In this document: piece by piece, positions 1-13,673 of the stretch
Numbering within the stretch: position 1 is the stretch's first letter
Layout: every line of letters starts with the position of its first letter
Source: the human T2T-CHM13v2.0 reference genome, Homo sapiens
Assembly: GCF_009914755.1 (NCBI RefSeq)
Contig: NC_060929.1
Length of the DNA stretch: 64,000 nt
Direction: 5' to 3' (one strand)
Program-made: the position numbers and the translations under genes
Notes under the pieces: model-generated
The model's input: only the letters and a program-made list of their open reading frames with translations
Told to the model about the DNA's origin: nothing
Databases searched by the model: none

Positions 1-499
1 AGCCAGGGCCCGCTAGAAATAGACCAGAGGAAATTTCCTGACTCACTTGCATAACAACAGTTCATCAGCACTGAAGATATATGAAGTGTGACTGCAGAGT
101 AATGGGAGTGATTAGGTTTCTCTGCACAACAAAACTCTTACATACAAATGAGCACTGTCCCCTTCAGGACAGTCCTCAGGGAACCCGTATGCTTATTCCG
201 GTGTGTGATTGGTCTGGAAGCATTTTTGGATGCCCTCTGGACAGAAAGTGCTTTTGGACACTGTTAGTGGTGACAAAGTGTGTCCTTTGAGGATGGATTA
301 GATTGTTGGAAATGATACAATGTATTCACAGTATACATCTGTTGTTTTTGTCTACCCAGAAGCCTCTGTCCAAACTTGTGGTTGGAGAGGCTGTATTTCT
401 TCTGTCGTTCATTCTGTCTTTGAAGGCTCTCGAGGAGAAAATAGCTTTTAATATCTCTTGGGAAATGGCCACATTTTCCCCTGGCAATTGAACCCATGG

Positions 500-985
500 C
501 TTTCTTGAATGACTACTCCTCAACCAGGTCTAAGTTGTTTAGGTAGGCTGACTTGACCACCAGTTCCAGAGCACAGACATGTGACGAGCCTGGCCATAGT
601 CATTGATTCAGGGATGGACACATGACTGAAACGGCATGCTGGCATTTAGTTCTGGTACTTGGATTTTAACTGTTGGGAGGAGAATTTCTCACTCTGCTAT
701 GATATAAGCATGAAGCTACTGGCTTCCACTTGCTGCTACAAAGAGCCTGCTTAAAAATGGAGCCAACATAAAAGGAAGCAGATTTAAGACCTGAGCGATG
801 AGAGCGTGCACATGTGTGTATATCCACATAATGAGACTAAGTCTTGATTTCTGCACCTTGATCCAGATATACCTGGAGCAGAAACTCTGCTGGGACTCTT
901 TTGTATCATGAGCCAGTAACCTCCCTATTTGCCTAGTAGGTTGATTTGGGCTTCAATCTTGCAACCAAGTGAGTCCTGACTAAAC
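500..985 (+). mobile_element. Old MaLR LTR (MLT1J/K/L-like), diverged
   Basis: MLT1-type 3' end: catgagccagtaac...ttgcaaccaagtgagtcctgactaa. Confidence 0.55.
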
Positions 986-1682
986 CAGCAGAATGGAGCC
1001 AGGTAAGGTTCTTTCTCAAGAAGAGAAGAAGGAAGGTATCAAGACGTTTATGACAAATTTCTACTCAACACTGAGCACCTGCTAAGTGCTGGGCCTAATA
1101 GTCGAGATGCTGCAATGAACTAGTCCATTCAGGATGCTGAGGTGTTTCAGCCTAGAAGAGACTGCTTTTCTTCCTTTGCTCATGCAGACTCAGGGGGCCA
1201 TTCTCAAGGAGGAGTTAGTGACAGGAATGTCTTTGGCAAAGACAGCACTCTTGAGTGTGGTCAGAACATGTTATTTATTTCCCAAGATGATTAGTTTTTG
1301 AAGAAGACAACAAATAGTTGAGGCTATGAATTCTATCTCTGTAAAAATAGAGTTATGTTTTCCTCCTGTAGTCAGATCTCCTGTGGAACGTGAGTAAACA
1401 GGAATTTCTATGTATGGAGCAAGGACAGTATGGTTAGCACATAATACATGTGTTTATTTCAGAGCTGGGGAGGACTCCTGACCAGCGTGACACCTAACAT
1501 TGGAGTGAAGGGGCAGCAGGTGAGGAGAAAGTTAACCCTGCACCAGTCCTAACTCTAGTTTTCTCAGCAGCATTTCTGTTGCTTGAAGAAGGTCCTCCTC
1601 GTGTCAGCTTTTTTGGTCTTTTCTTAGGTTGAAAAGACTGGAATAATAAAATGGGGCTTTGCTCTGAAATGAGTAAGGTGGA

Positions 1683-2050
1683 TGATATGGTTTGGCTCTG
1701 TGTCCCCACCCAATTCTTATCTTGTAGCTCCCATAATTCCCCTGTGTTGTGGGAGGGACCCTGTGGGAGATAATTGAATCATGGGGGCAGGTCTTTCCCC
1801 TGCTGTTCTTGTGATAGTGAATAAGTCTCCCAAGAGCTGACGGTTTTAAAAATGGAAGTTTCTCTGCACAAGCTCTTTCTCTTTTCCTGCTACCATCTAT
1901 GTAAGATGTGACTTGTTCCTCCTTGCCTTCCACCGTGATTGTGAGACCTCTCCAGCCACGTGAAACGGTAAGTCCATTAAACCTCTTTCTTTTGTAAATT
2001 GCCTAGTTTCAGCTATGTCTTTATCAGCAGCGTGAAAATGGGCTAATACA
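1683..2050 (+). mobile_element. THE1B-like MaLR solo LTR, full length
   Basis: Starts TGATATGGTTTGGCT and ends CTAATACA; close match to the THE1 consensus throughout. Confidence 0.92.
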
Positions 2051-2159
2051 GTGAGATTTCTCTGGTTGTGAGGTATGTGATCCTTGCAACCAAGGAAAGG
2101 TTATTGCAGGGCACATAGGCCAGCGATTCCTCATCATCATCATGCCCTCCTGGGCCTCA

Positions 2160-2480
2160 TCATCTCCTGTCTCTGCCTCTCTCTGCATCTGCTCTCTACA
2201 CCAAGCAACTTCTCCCCCTTCTACTGATCAGCTTCCCTTGCTGACTCATGGTTCCTGCTTCTTCATCCCTTCCACCTGCAGAGACCACAGCTCTCATGGA
2301 CAGACTGTTCCCACTTCAGCTCCCAACTCCAACTGGCCAATTCCTTCTGTGATTTTTAGTTCACATCCCTGAGAGGACAGACTGATTGGTCCAGTTTGTG
2401 GTTTTGAGCCAGATTACCCAGAATCACTGGCTGGCCTATGGGGTAGCTAGCTGTGATCAGGATGGGGCAACATCACGTGA
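2160..2480 (-). mobile_element. Possible old MLT1 LTR fragment
   Basis: tctctgcctctctctgcatct...gactgattggtccag resembles MLT1 in antisense. Confidence 0.35.
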
Positions 2481-3514
2481 AGCCAACAACAGAGAAGCAG
2501 GAACCTTAGAGGTCTGGGTGACTGGGTCAGGCTCCTTGGGTGGCCTGTCCCACACAGTTTTGCCTTGTGTGCTCCTGTCTTTCCCTGCAGGCCCTGGTGA
2601 AAATAGGCTCTGAGAAGAGGCTTAGTGGCTGCCATTTTCATGTCACCCGAATGTTGCTGTTTCTAGTGGTACTAACTCAGACACTTTCAAAAGTTTTGTA
2701 GGAAACGCAGGAAAAAAAAAATCATCTCTTCCTTAGCAAGTCAAAAGTAGAAGAAGCCATGATCAAAAAAGGCAATAGGTCATGGGAATGGGTGGGGCGT
2801 TGGCAAGCAAATCTATGAGGGGACAAAGAGAAAATAAAGGGAGTGTCTGGAGAACCAGTCTGAAACTGAGAATTACGCTCCAGGGAGGTGTTTCCATATG
2901 ATGCCCTAGACTCACAGCTGCTCCTTGTGGTACCTTCCTCTGCCCACTCACAACCTGTATAGGCTAGTCTGGGAAACTTACCACCATTTATGACCTTGAT
3001 CCTATAGAAAAATGTATTATCCTCACAGTTGAACTAACTGACTTACAAATGGACTTGTGGAGCCCAGTTGGGGATAGAATTGGGAAGTGCCTATAAATAG
3101 GTGGCAATCTGGGACTTTTGCTTGGGAACGAACAACACTAGAGAATCAATAGCTCTCAAAAGAAGCTTCTGCTTGCCTTTTTCACCACCTACCTTGCTCC
3201 AAAGAGGAAAGTGTTACCGGGACTTAGTTAGATTTTAAAAAGTGACTTTAACCATGAGCTGATAGATATTTTTATGGTTTCTAGGAAAGGGATTAAAAGT
3301 AATACCAAATGTTGGGGCCAAAGTGATCAAAGAGCACGTGCTGCTCATTTGGGAGGTAAATGCAACACATCTTTTTGCCCCTTCTTCTCCCTAGCTTCCA
3401 GGAGGGGTGGAGAGGCAACCTTTCACACACTCCTTTATTCCTTTCTGTGCTCTCTCTGTAGAAGCCAGGGCTCTGCTGCCCAGTAAAGGATGTGTTAGGT
3501 AGCTTTGTCCCAGA

Positions 3515-3660
3515 AGATCTCAAGCTGAAGTGTGATCAGAAACACCTGGTGAAGTGGTACATAATCCAGACCCTCTCCTGGAATTTGGTTGCAAGGTCTA
3601 AGGTGCAGCCTAGGAAGCTGTATTTTTAAACAAGTAACCTATATGATTCTGGTGCAGATA
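3515..3660. mobile_element. MER5-family hAT-Charlie relic
   Basis: atcagaaacacctgg...gtatttttaaacaag...tgattctggtgcag. Confidence 0.5.
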
Positions 3661-3932
3661 GTTATCTATTATATTTGAGAAAGAGAGCTTGTACCCTGGG
3701 GCAGAATCTGGCTCTCCTGCTCAGATGAGGGGTGTTTGTACATGTATGCACATGTGTATGTTCTTGCCCTGGTTTAGTCCTGGGTTCCAGGAGAGACCTC
3801 TTATCCAAGCAAAAAAATGTGCTCCTATGCGGCTCAGAAGAGCTCCACATTTGAGTTTGAGGCCAAGGTCAAGTGGAGTAATAGTTCCCACTGGTTAGGC
3901 ATAGACCTCTGAGCCAGTACTTCTGGAGAGAG

Positions 3933-4106
3933 CGGTGGTTATCAACCTTCTGCGTGCTAGAACTGCCTGGGGAGTTTTAGAAAATACTGATGCCTGTGCT
4001 CCACTCCCAGAGTCTGATTTCATTGGTTTGGGTACAGTCTGGACATTTAGGGTTTTTTAAAGTTCCTTGGGTATTTCTAATGTGCAGCCAAAATTGAGAA
4101 CCACTG
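3933..4106. mobile_element. MER5B-like hAT-Charlie non-autonomous element
   Basis: TIRs CGGTGGTTATCAA...TTGAGAACCACTG; MER5-type interior. Confidence 0.8.
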
Positions 4107-4600
4107 TTATAAGGAGAAGGATTTTCATTTTCCTAGAGCCTTGCTTAAAAACAATCTTAATGTTAGCCTTTAAGGATGGACAGTATAGAATAAATCTTGA
4201 TATTTGCATTTCTGTAAGTCAAAACAAAAAAAAAATCAACAATATATGAGATAACATCTTAACTAATGTTTACCTTCGAATATAGCATAAAAATATTCTT
4301 AGTCCGGCTTCTTTCGTCCTTTGGATAAAAAGAAAGGCGTGGCATGATAAAACTCAGAATTCTCTAAAGCATCTCGGCTAGAGATAAAATCAACTGCAAC
4401 AATGCCTCTGGCTTTGAAAACTTTCTCTAAAGAAACAGAAAAGTGTTAAACCTTTATGCTTTTGATTCTGTTTTTCCTGAGACTTAACTGATCAGATTCA
4501 TAGTTGATATAGGTATAGCATTTCAGGAATATCTATGGTTTAATTCTTTTCCTTTTCTAGAAATAGGTAAATAAATTTAATAGCAAAAATAGGAGTGAGC

Positions 4601-4657
4601 TATAGCTTTTGAACAAATAGACAACCAAATTCTGAACATTAGAGGTACGACTTTATT
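4601..4657 (-). terminator. Probable main poly(A) signal AATAAA (4657-4652) with GU/U-rich downstream element
   Basis: Minus strand reads AATAAA, then about 20 nt, then ATTTGGTTGTCTATTTGTT. Confidence 0.7.
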
Positions 4658-4899
4658 AAATCTGTACTTTCTGACCCATTTATCCAAGTTTAGTGACAGT
4701 TTGCTCTAAACTGCTTTTTTAAAAACAATAATATGGTAAATTTGGATTTTGTGGAACTTAAACTATCTCATGTCAAACACAGTGCAATTTTGGATTTCAG
4801 GATTATGACAGTTGTGTTAGAAACAGGCTACCTGGGCTATGTCTGAGTTATGTTGGATCCCTGATGTAAAGTTTGACAGTGTATGTTGTGTTCAAAATC

Positions 4900-5077
4900 A
4901 ACAGTTCTAAACAAGAATCTAAAGATCCCCTAGGGCAATCTCTGGACTTTGGGGGGTCCACATACTCTGGAACTGTGTAATGTGAATATGTATGTTTTGT
5001 TCTATTTTCCTAGGAGATGATCCACAGCTTTTATCAGATTCTCAAAGGGCTTATAACCAAAAAAGGCTAGGACCCAG
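4900..5077. mobile_element. MER103-like hAT relic within the LIX1 3'UTR
   Basis: tccacagcttttatcagattctcaaaggg...aaaaaaggctaggacc. Confidence 0.5.
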
Positions 5078-6262
5078 AGCTTCATGTGTTTAAATAGGGA
5101 ATCTTCCACTCTAGTCCCCTTTATCACAGTGTGTTGTTCAGAACAAGATATAGAAAAGGAAAAAAAAAATCTGCTTTGCTCTTCAACCCTCTTTTCTCTA
5201 GGCTATAGTTAAAGATGTTTATATGATAGACTGACAGCCCTTATGTCTCAGCTGAAATTGATTTACTATCAAATCAGCATTAAAGGGACCAGCAAAGATT
5301 CTGACTTTTATTTATTTTGCTGAAGCTTTCATACCATTCCAGGAAGAATGGGCAGTTTTGGCCAGTCAAGAAAAGCTGACAGTGGCCAAGGGAGAACCTC
5401 TATATTCAATTTACAGAATGGGTGCAGTTTTTAACTTGTAGGGCACAAAGTAAATTTGATATTGTCCCATCTGATCCCTGTCCCTGCATCTAATTAAGAT
5501 GGTGTCAGTTTGAGGAAGTCATTGTCAAAGGCTGCTAATGCAGTAAAGGTGTGCCTAACTTTCATCACATCCAGCATGGGAAATTGTGGCTTTTTGGAAA
5601 TGACAATGTAAAGAGTAATGGCTTTATGAAAGAAATTAACTTTAAATAGAACATTTCCTAAATTTTAAAATTTATTCAACATAAAAATGTTAATTCTGAT
5701 TTCTTTTCAGGAATATAAGGGAATAAAGTTCTTTCGTGGGTGACATTTAGCCTCATTGTGGAGAGGAATGTAACTTTTGTTAAAATAATATTTTAAAATA
5801 AAATGTGTTGAAAATTACTGTTACCTTTAAAAGATATTAAGGTATGACAATTATGTAGCTAATTGTTCCCCTGGTGTGAGATATGTGATACATGATAATC
5901 TTTTATTATCAAGTCTAATTCCAAAATACATGATCAGTTACAGTAGTTTTCATGTGGATTTAAGGAGTGATGGTTACCTTTGTACATACTTATTAGATAT
6001 GAGGTTAAAATATCATATTTTATAAACTTTAATGTAATTATAATGGTTTTGCTTTCAGTGAAGCATGTATGCACTTGCATAAACAAAAGAAAAAGAAATT
6101 ATTTTAAATTGAGAAAAACATTTTCTTTAATTTGGACTACTGAATAAAATGCAGAATAATCATTTTCATGTTACAGATATGGAAAGACCTATGAGCATTT
6201 AAAATTGACATTGCTGACATTCTTAAATTTGAGTGACCAGGAACTATCTAAAAATTAGTTTA

Positions 6263-6404
6263 GGCCAGGCATGGTGGCTCACACCTGTAATCTCAGCATT
6301 TTGGGAGGTGGAGGCAGGCAGATGGCTTGAGCCCAGGAGTTCAAGACCAGCCTGGGCAACATGATGAAATCCCGTCTCTACTAAAAAAAAAAAAAAAAAA
6401 AAAA
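6263..6404 (+). mobile_element. Alu left monomer (FLAM/AluJ-type) with A22 tail, antisense within the LIX1 3'UTR
   Basis: GGCCAGGCATGGTGGCTCAC...GTCTCTACT followed by A22 (6383-6404). Confidence 0.9.
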
Positions 6405-7511
6405 GTTTTTATTGTTTTTTGATTTTCTAATCAGTTGATTGACCCATATGGATGAGTTAAATAGAGATGGCAATGTCTTATCCTTCCTTTAAAGAAGATT
6501 CCAGTGACTTAAACTTAATAATGATACTACATTTGAGCTACTGGTTGCTTATGTTCTTGAACAACAAACAGAGCTAAAGGGTCCTTCTCTCAAATGCTGG
6601 TGAAACTAATCAAATGCAAGCATTCTTTGTTACATGCTAATAATTTTTCAAAATGTTTTAACCTTTAAAATGCCATTAATTTTTCTCTCTGTAGATATAT
6701 GTTTGCAGTGGCAAAAAATAAGAACAAATTAGTTCAGGTTATCGATTTGCAAATTAAAAATGAACAAAATTGATTGCAAGACTCATAAACATTGGATATT
6801 AATTCTTGAGGAATAAGAGTGAGGCTACTTTTCTAGGTGATATTTATCCCCATATATGGAAGAGTGTGGGTTTTAAAAATTATTGTTACAAAAACATTTT
6901 AAACATTAATTTTATCTAGTATTTTCATACTATTACTATTTCAAGATCTTTGATGGTGGGATGTCCAGATAAAATCCCCACTGTAGTTTGCAGTGTATCT
7001 AGTAGGACATAAACTATTGCTTAGCTTACAAAGCTTAGAAAGAGACTCTGATCCTTGGATATTTTTTAAAACAATCCATATTATTTATTTAATCCTAAGT
7101 ATTTTTAAACACTGCTATCATGCTACTTCACCTAATTCTGGCTGCTGTTCATTTGGGGAATGCTATATTGGACTATTCTTGAAACAATATATATAAAATC
7201 AAGCAAGGCACGTGACAGTCAGGCTTTAGGTTGGAGCCAGGCCTGGAAAATGTTTTTCAAACAATTTTGTGTCTATCCTTTCATCCTGAGCTGGAACTAT
7301 TGAGAATGTGATAGAAAAATGCATCGAGTGGCTTGTTGGGTCTTGTAAGGGTCCTACGACTCTCATACTCTGTAAATGGAATGTGTGGAGAGGGTTAGGA
7401 GAGCCTTCAGGTAGTACTAGAGATGCTGGAGCCTCTGAGGACCTCTGCACTGAGATTCCTAATGTTAATCTGGCCTCTGCCATCACTGAGGGTACCCGGG
7501 GCTTGGCCTTG

Positions 7512-7973
<462 letters not shown>

Positions 7974-9552
7974 CTAAGTTGGCCTAGCAAAGCACACCAC
8001 TCCAGGTTGAGTCAAAACACACCACCAGGAATGACTCAATAATGTTCACCAAACATAGCTCTGCCATCTCTAGAAATACAAGCCGTTCACTGAAAATACA
8101 TTCCTACAACAATTGGTGTGAATATGACCTCATTTATTCATTGAACCCTGTTGCCCAGCATTATTTCCTTTGGAAAGATAAAGAGAGGGAAGTAGCACTA
8201 CAGAGGGTCTTGGGCAGAATGGGGTTTGGTCAAATCCACTGAAGAAAGCAGGAAGCTCTTAGTTAAGGGCATCTCAGAGTATCATTTAGAAACCAGGAGA
8301 ATCAACTGTGGTATTAGCACAAGGGAGATGGTCCAACTGTCCCACAGTAAATACAGAAGGGAGTTTAGATGTATAATGGAAGGTAGACATCTCCATTATT
8401 GATATCATAATGATTCCTTCATGGTACATTGTCTTTTACTTTTACAAACAATTAAAAATTAGTTACTGCCTGTCAATTCTTGTGTGAAAAATTTGTCGAT
8501 ACATAATAACATCATATGTAGAGTTGATCATGTGGAGTGAATGCACTGCTTATTTTTATTTTCAAGAACATATGGTATGCATTTATGACCTTAACAAATT
8601 AAAAACAATCATGGAAAAGTGTTTATAACCCAACCAGCATATTTCAAAGGCCTTTTGTAAAATCAAAGGAAAAGGAAAAAAAACAAAACCAAAGCCATTG
8701 TCAGCTACTCATTTCTTTTCCATCTTTGACATCTGAAACCTAGACTTTCTAAGCAAAGAACAACTAAAAACTAGGGGGCTGCAGTGCATGGAAAGCTCCT
8801 TATACCCACCCTTACCTTGCTGACTCCCAGAGGCTTTCTTCCTCATACAAATTCCTATTAGGAAATTCTCAGAAATAAACTACCATCTTTCACATTCTAA
8901 CGGTGGGTAGAGGAAGGATAAATCTTGGAGAACAACAGGTGAAAACCATTAAATACACAGGAGGGGGTTCACATTAGCTATTAAAAAAGGGGGAAGGGTG
9001 CTTCTCATAAATAACAAAGAAATAGTGAGACCGTGTCTCTGAAAAACAAAGAAGAAACTTCTAAACCAAAAAAATGGGAGTGATTAAATGCCGGCTTGTC
9101 AGACTTTATAATCATTTCTGTTGTTTATTGGGGACTTTTGGCAGGAATGGGAAATACTCTTCTCCTACCACCAACTTGGCCACTCTCCAGTGACGAGGTT
9201 TCAGAAGCAGTGCATTTTCAAGTTTCTGCCTCAGAAGGTACAAGAGGGCACACATTCCAAGGAGGCAGGGGAGGTGTATGGAGTAGATCCAGGATTTATT
9301 TAGAAGCTGTCTGCCTTTATGATCCTTTCGGTTTGCATTCGGTACAGGTATCTAAATCAGTCCTGTGCCCACGTTCTTTTTAGTGTGTATATTTGTCAGT
9401 CCCTGACTCAATGGGGCTGTTCTATATATTTCTTTGTGTGTCCTCTGCTCTTAATAAATAAGGTACCAAATTTATATTTGGAAAAATCCGAATAAAGGAA
9501 ATCTCCTGGGAAGATGATAAGCCACCTGCTGAGTTCATATAACACAGACTTA

Positions 9553-9651
<99 letters not shown>

Positions 9652-10039
9652 CTACAAAACCCAAACACCTATCATTGGTCCCAAAGCAGAAATGTGCATT
9701 GGTGAGAGCTGAGCAGGGCATAACTCTAATTCCCAAATATATCAGGAAACAGAATACACAATATTGTCACAACACTTTGGGACTTTCCCAAGCCCAGGGT
9801 CCCAGGGCTTCTGGAACATTCTTCTCTTCCTCCTTTGCTATATCCATAGCATTACATTACATTACTTGTGTAATGAAATGACTAAATACTTGACAAATGT
9901 CTTTCAGCATTAAAAATAATACACTGAAGAGTTCTACACACAAGAAGTTATTTAAATATACCAGGATATCTGAGAAATAGTGTATAGGCAAGGTTTTACA
10001 TTGTATCATTTTTTAAAATTGCTCGAGACTGACAGCATC

Positions 10040-10420
10040 TTAAATGGTCACTTTTAGAGGAATGGCTAAAGTATGATATATCCATACTACTGAACACTTT
10101 GCAATCATAAAGAAAGGATGAGAACGTTCCATAAGTTTAAATAGAAAGAATTCTATGATGTGTTAAAATAAAACAAGGTACACAACAGTGTGTAATGTGT
10201 GCTACTATTTGCTTAAGAAGATCGCTATATACATGTTTGCTTGTAAATGCCTAGAAGAGTTCTAGTAAGATACAAAAGGATCTGGTAACTTTAGCTGTCT
10301 CTGGAATGCCAGAGGAATGCCTGGGGGACAGGAGTAGGAGGGAGACCTTCTTGTGACATTATTTTGCAAAACTTACTGAGTTTTGAATCATGTGACTATG
10401 TTATATCTTAAAACCATTTA
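10040..10420 (+). mobile_element. Old L1 (L1ME-like) 3' fragment
   Basis: aaagtatgatatatccatac...ggggacaggagtaggagggagacc...ttttgaatcatgtga. Confidence 0.55.
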
Positions 10421-10460
10421 ACTCTAAAAATTTTAAGCCAAAAAATAAATATACAAATAT

Positions 10461-10902
10461 AGTTAAATAGCATTTATAGGACGCCATTAGTTTGGACAGA
10501 GCTACTGCATTAGGCTTAATAGATCAAATCAAAATGGAGTCACTCATGCTGAAGTTCTAGATTGCCGTGCTGAAACTAAGCTGTTTATCTGAGCTTCCTA
10601 GAAATCAGGACAAAGAGAGAGATAACAGCCAAATCCCCAAACAAGCCAGTTTTAGCCGGCATAATAAAGAAGTCCCCTCTGCTTTAATCTTTACAAGAGA
10701 AGTAACTATGAAATGACCAATCCATTTTTGTCCTCTGTTTCTACCTTCTTCAGCCCTTTTCTGCCTAAAGCCAACTTCCTCTGCTCAGCTCATCGGAACG
10801 CTCATTCTGTTTTACGGAAGGAGGTGTTATGCAATTCTAAAATTGCAAGTAAAAGTCAGCTAGATCGTTAAACTAAATTTATTGTAATTTTGTCTTTTGA
10901 CA
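10461..10902 (+). mobile_element. ERV1-class solo LTR (MER57/LTR54 group) in intron 4
   Basis: gttaaatag...aaaatggagtcactcatgct...ttttgACA; 4-bp TSD ATAT at 10457-10460 and 10903-10906. Confidence 0.7.
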
Positions 10903-11366
10903 ATATAAAGCATATAATGAACAAACTACAGAAACTGCTCAATACTCCTAAATTTATAAATTCAGTCAAGAAAAATGCCTTGAAATATAGACAATAAGGT
11001 TGTATTGACATTCAAACTCACCCATGGTTTCCAAATCCAAGAGCCAGGGCTGAGCACAGCATTCAGACTATCAGCACCATCATTTCCTTGCCTTTTGTGG
11101 TATCAAAGGCAAGCTAAGGTGTATAAGTTTACTGAAGATTTTCATTTTCCTAATGCGGTTACAATTAGAAGTTTTCCACTGAAATTATTTGCATTTCAGT
11201 TATAGTTTTTTTTGGTCAGAGATACATCTATTGTGGATTAATAGCCTGTGGTTATTGAAATTATTGAAAAATAACTCTATATGATCAAGGAACTTTCATG
11301 TCTTAAAAAATAGTTATGAAAACTTAACATAGACAGATGTCCTACTGTCCATTCAAAAAAGCTTTT

Positions 11367-11497
11367 AGCTGGGCACGGTGGTGTGTGCCTATAGTTCTAG
11401 CAACTTGGGAGGCTGAGGCAGGAGAATTGATTGAGCCCAAGAGTTTGAGACCAGTCTGGGCAACATAATATTTTATCTCTTAAAACAAAACAAAAAA
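11367..11497 (+). mobile_element. Alu monomer (FLAM-like)
   Basis: gctgggcacggtgg...ggaggctgaggcagg...ctgggcaacata plus A-rich tail; flanking AAAAAAGCT repeats. Confidence 0.8.
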
Positions 11498-12319
11498 GCT
11501 GACTTCAATTAACTGTCTTTACATCTGCTTGCTTGGGAAGAGGTTCTCTTATGAAAATCAGGAGACTCATAGTCAGGTTTTAGGCATCTTAAAATTATTT
11601 GGTAAATTTTAAAGCTATCAGATTATTAGAAGAGCAAATAGCACTTCTCTCATGTCTAAAATTGCCATTGGAATGAAATGTTTTTCTTCTTTTCTGTCAG
11701 AGATCCAGTTTGGCATTCTGTCTAAGTTCACTGCACAGTAAGTACTCTGAGAGCCCACAGACACCTCAGTAAAAGCAAAACCACTTGTGTCTGCTAATTA
11801 AAACACACATGAATACCAGCTGAGCTGCTCCTTCTGCCCGCCCCCAGATGGAGACCTCCCTGTCTGCACAGGGTCCTCGGTCCAGTGCCCAGGGATGGCT
11901 GTCCCCTCCTGGCCCCTCTCCTCCACATCTTCCTGCCCTTGTTCAGACTTTCACTTCATCACGTCAGTATGCTAATTTGAAAAAGTGGGAGTGCTTTGTT
12001 CGAGAAACCAAATCTCGTCCAATCTGGCTGTCACTGCTGTTCCTCTCAGGCTTTCCATCAAAGTGGCCCCAGTGGCTGAGAAGGGCAAATTTGTGTTGCC
12101 CTTCCTACCATACTAACAAACCAACTCACCGAATACTTTGAAGCCATAAAAATGAATGGGAAGATTGTTTTAATATTTGGGAACCAGTCTCTATGATGTA
12201 ACAGGAGGGCCAATATTTGTAAATAAGAAAAATTTTTTGGTTTTATGTCTTATAAAGATCCACTCAAATTTTGCATTCTATTGTGTATGTCCATTTTTAG
12301 AAAAGAGAAAATAAATATT

Positions 12320-12605
<286 letters not shown>

Positions 12606-13558
12606 AGAAAATAAATATCACTCCACTCCTCCGTTTGACCCCCACAACCCTAAATCTTTATGTAAAGTTGAGAACTCAGACACATATACTGGATTTATTT
12701 TGTGGCTTCCTATAGCTATCTATCTTGGCATTGTTCTTGCATCCTTGTGGCCCAGTTTGAGAAACAGCCTATTGCTAACAGGGCTCTTAATTCCATCCTC
12801 TGATAACTGTTGACTTAGAAACATACTATTCTTCCTCTGGGGTCTTCTGGGCTCTTTTTCTTATCTATACACTAACTGCTCTCCCCGCCCCATAAGGGAC
12901 TATCATTCCACCCTGAAAATCTCCTAAGACTTTAGAATTCACAACTCTTCTGTGAACAGAACCAAAACCCTTTCTCATGCCCCTTGACAACCTTCATCTT
13001 TCAAAAATGTCCCCAAAGAGACTTGAACTGCTTTCGTCTCCAGGATGAAGGTCAACCTCCTCACCACCTCTGGTTTGTCTAAATTTCTATCCCATCACGA
13101 AGCAGCTTTTTTTTTCTCTCCAGTAACACAACTGCCACTTCCTCAGTGTTGCTTTTGTTCTTAACATTCCCTAGGGAAGATGACCTCCTTTCCAACTTCT
13201 TACATTATATCCCCATCTAGTTTTTGTCCTCTGTAGAGATATTCATCTTGCCATCATTATATAAAGTATATTTAAATATTTTCACATATTTTTTGTCTCA
13301 CTTCTTTATTTCCCCTCATAAGACCAAATTCACTCTCTTCACATTTTCCCAAAACTATTAGCTCTTGGCTCAACTCCAGGAAATCTTTGCATGCCTCTGA
13401 CTGATTCCATTGGAAATCCTTGCATGATTGCAGAGTGGGAAGGAGAGGGCTGCTGTGGAGTTCTGCTTACTAGTTTCCCCATGATTCTTTGCTGCCTGGT
13501 GTTCGCTGGCTCATATTCTACCTGGAGAAGCTCTGTTACTCTAAAGGAAGTTAGTGTA

Positions 13559-13673
13559 GTCAGGTGCTGTGGAATGTCCCAGCTACTTGGGAGGCTGAGG
13601 CAGGAAGATCATGAGTTTGTGCCCAGCCTGGGCGAAATAGTAAGACCTCTGTCTCAGAAAAAAAAAAAAAAAA
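13559..13673 (+). mobile_element. Alu monomer fragment with poly(A)
   Basis: cccagctacttgggaggctgaggcagg...cagcctgggcg...gtctc plus A tail. Confidence 0.8.

Larger units (their letters stand above)
4631..7511 (-). other. LIX1: LIX1 3'UTR (~2.9 kb, AT-rich)
   Basis: Follows the stop codon; runs to the distal AATAAA with a GU/U-rich downstream element. Confidence 0.75.

Noticed and set aside
11838-11855. CTCF-like CGCCCCCAGATGG
   Set aside because: Two or more mismatches at key positions; cannot be supported without ChIP data.
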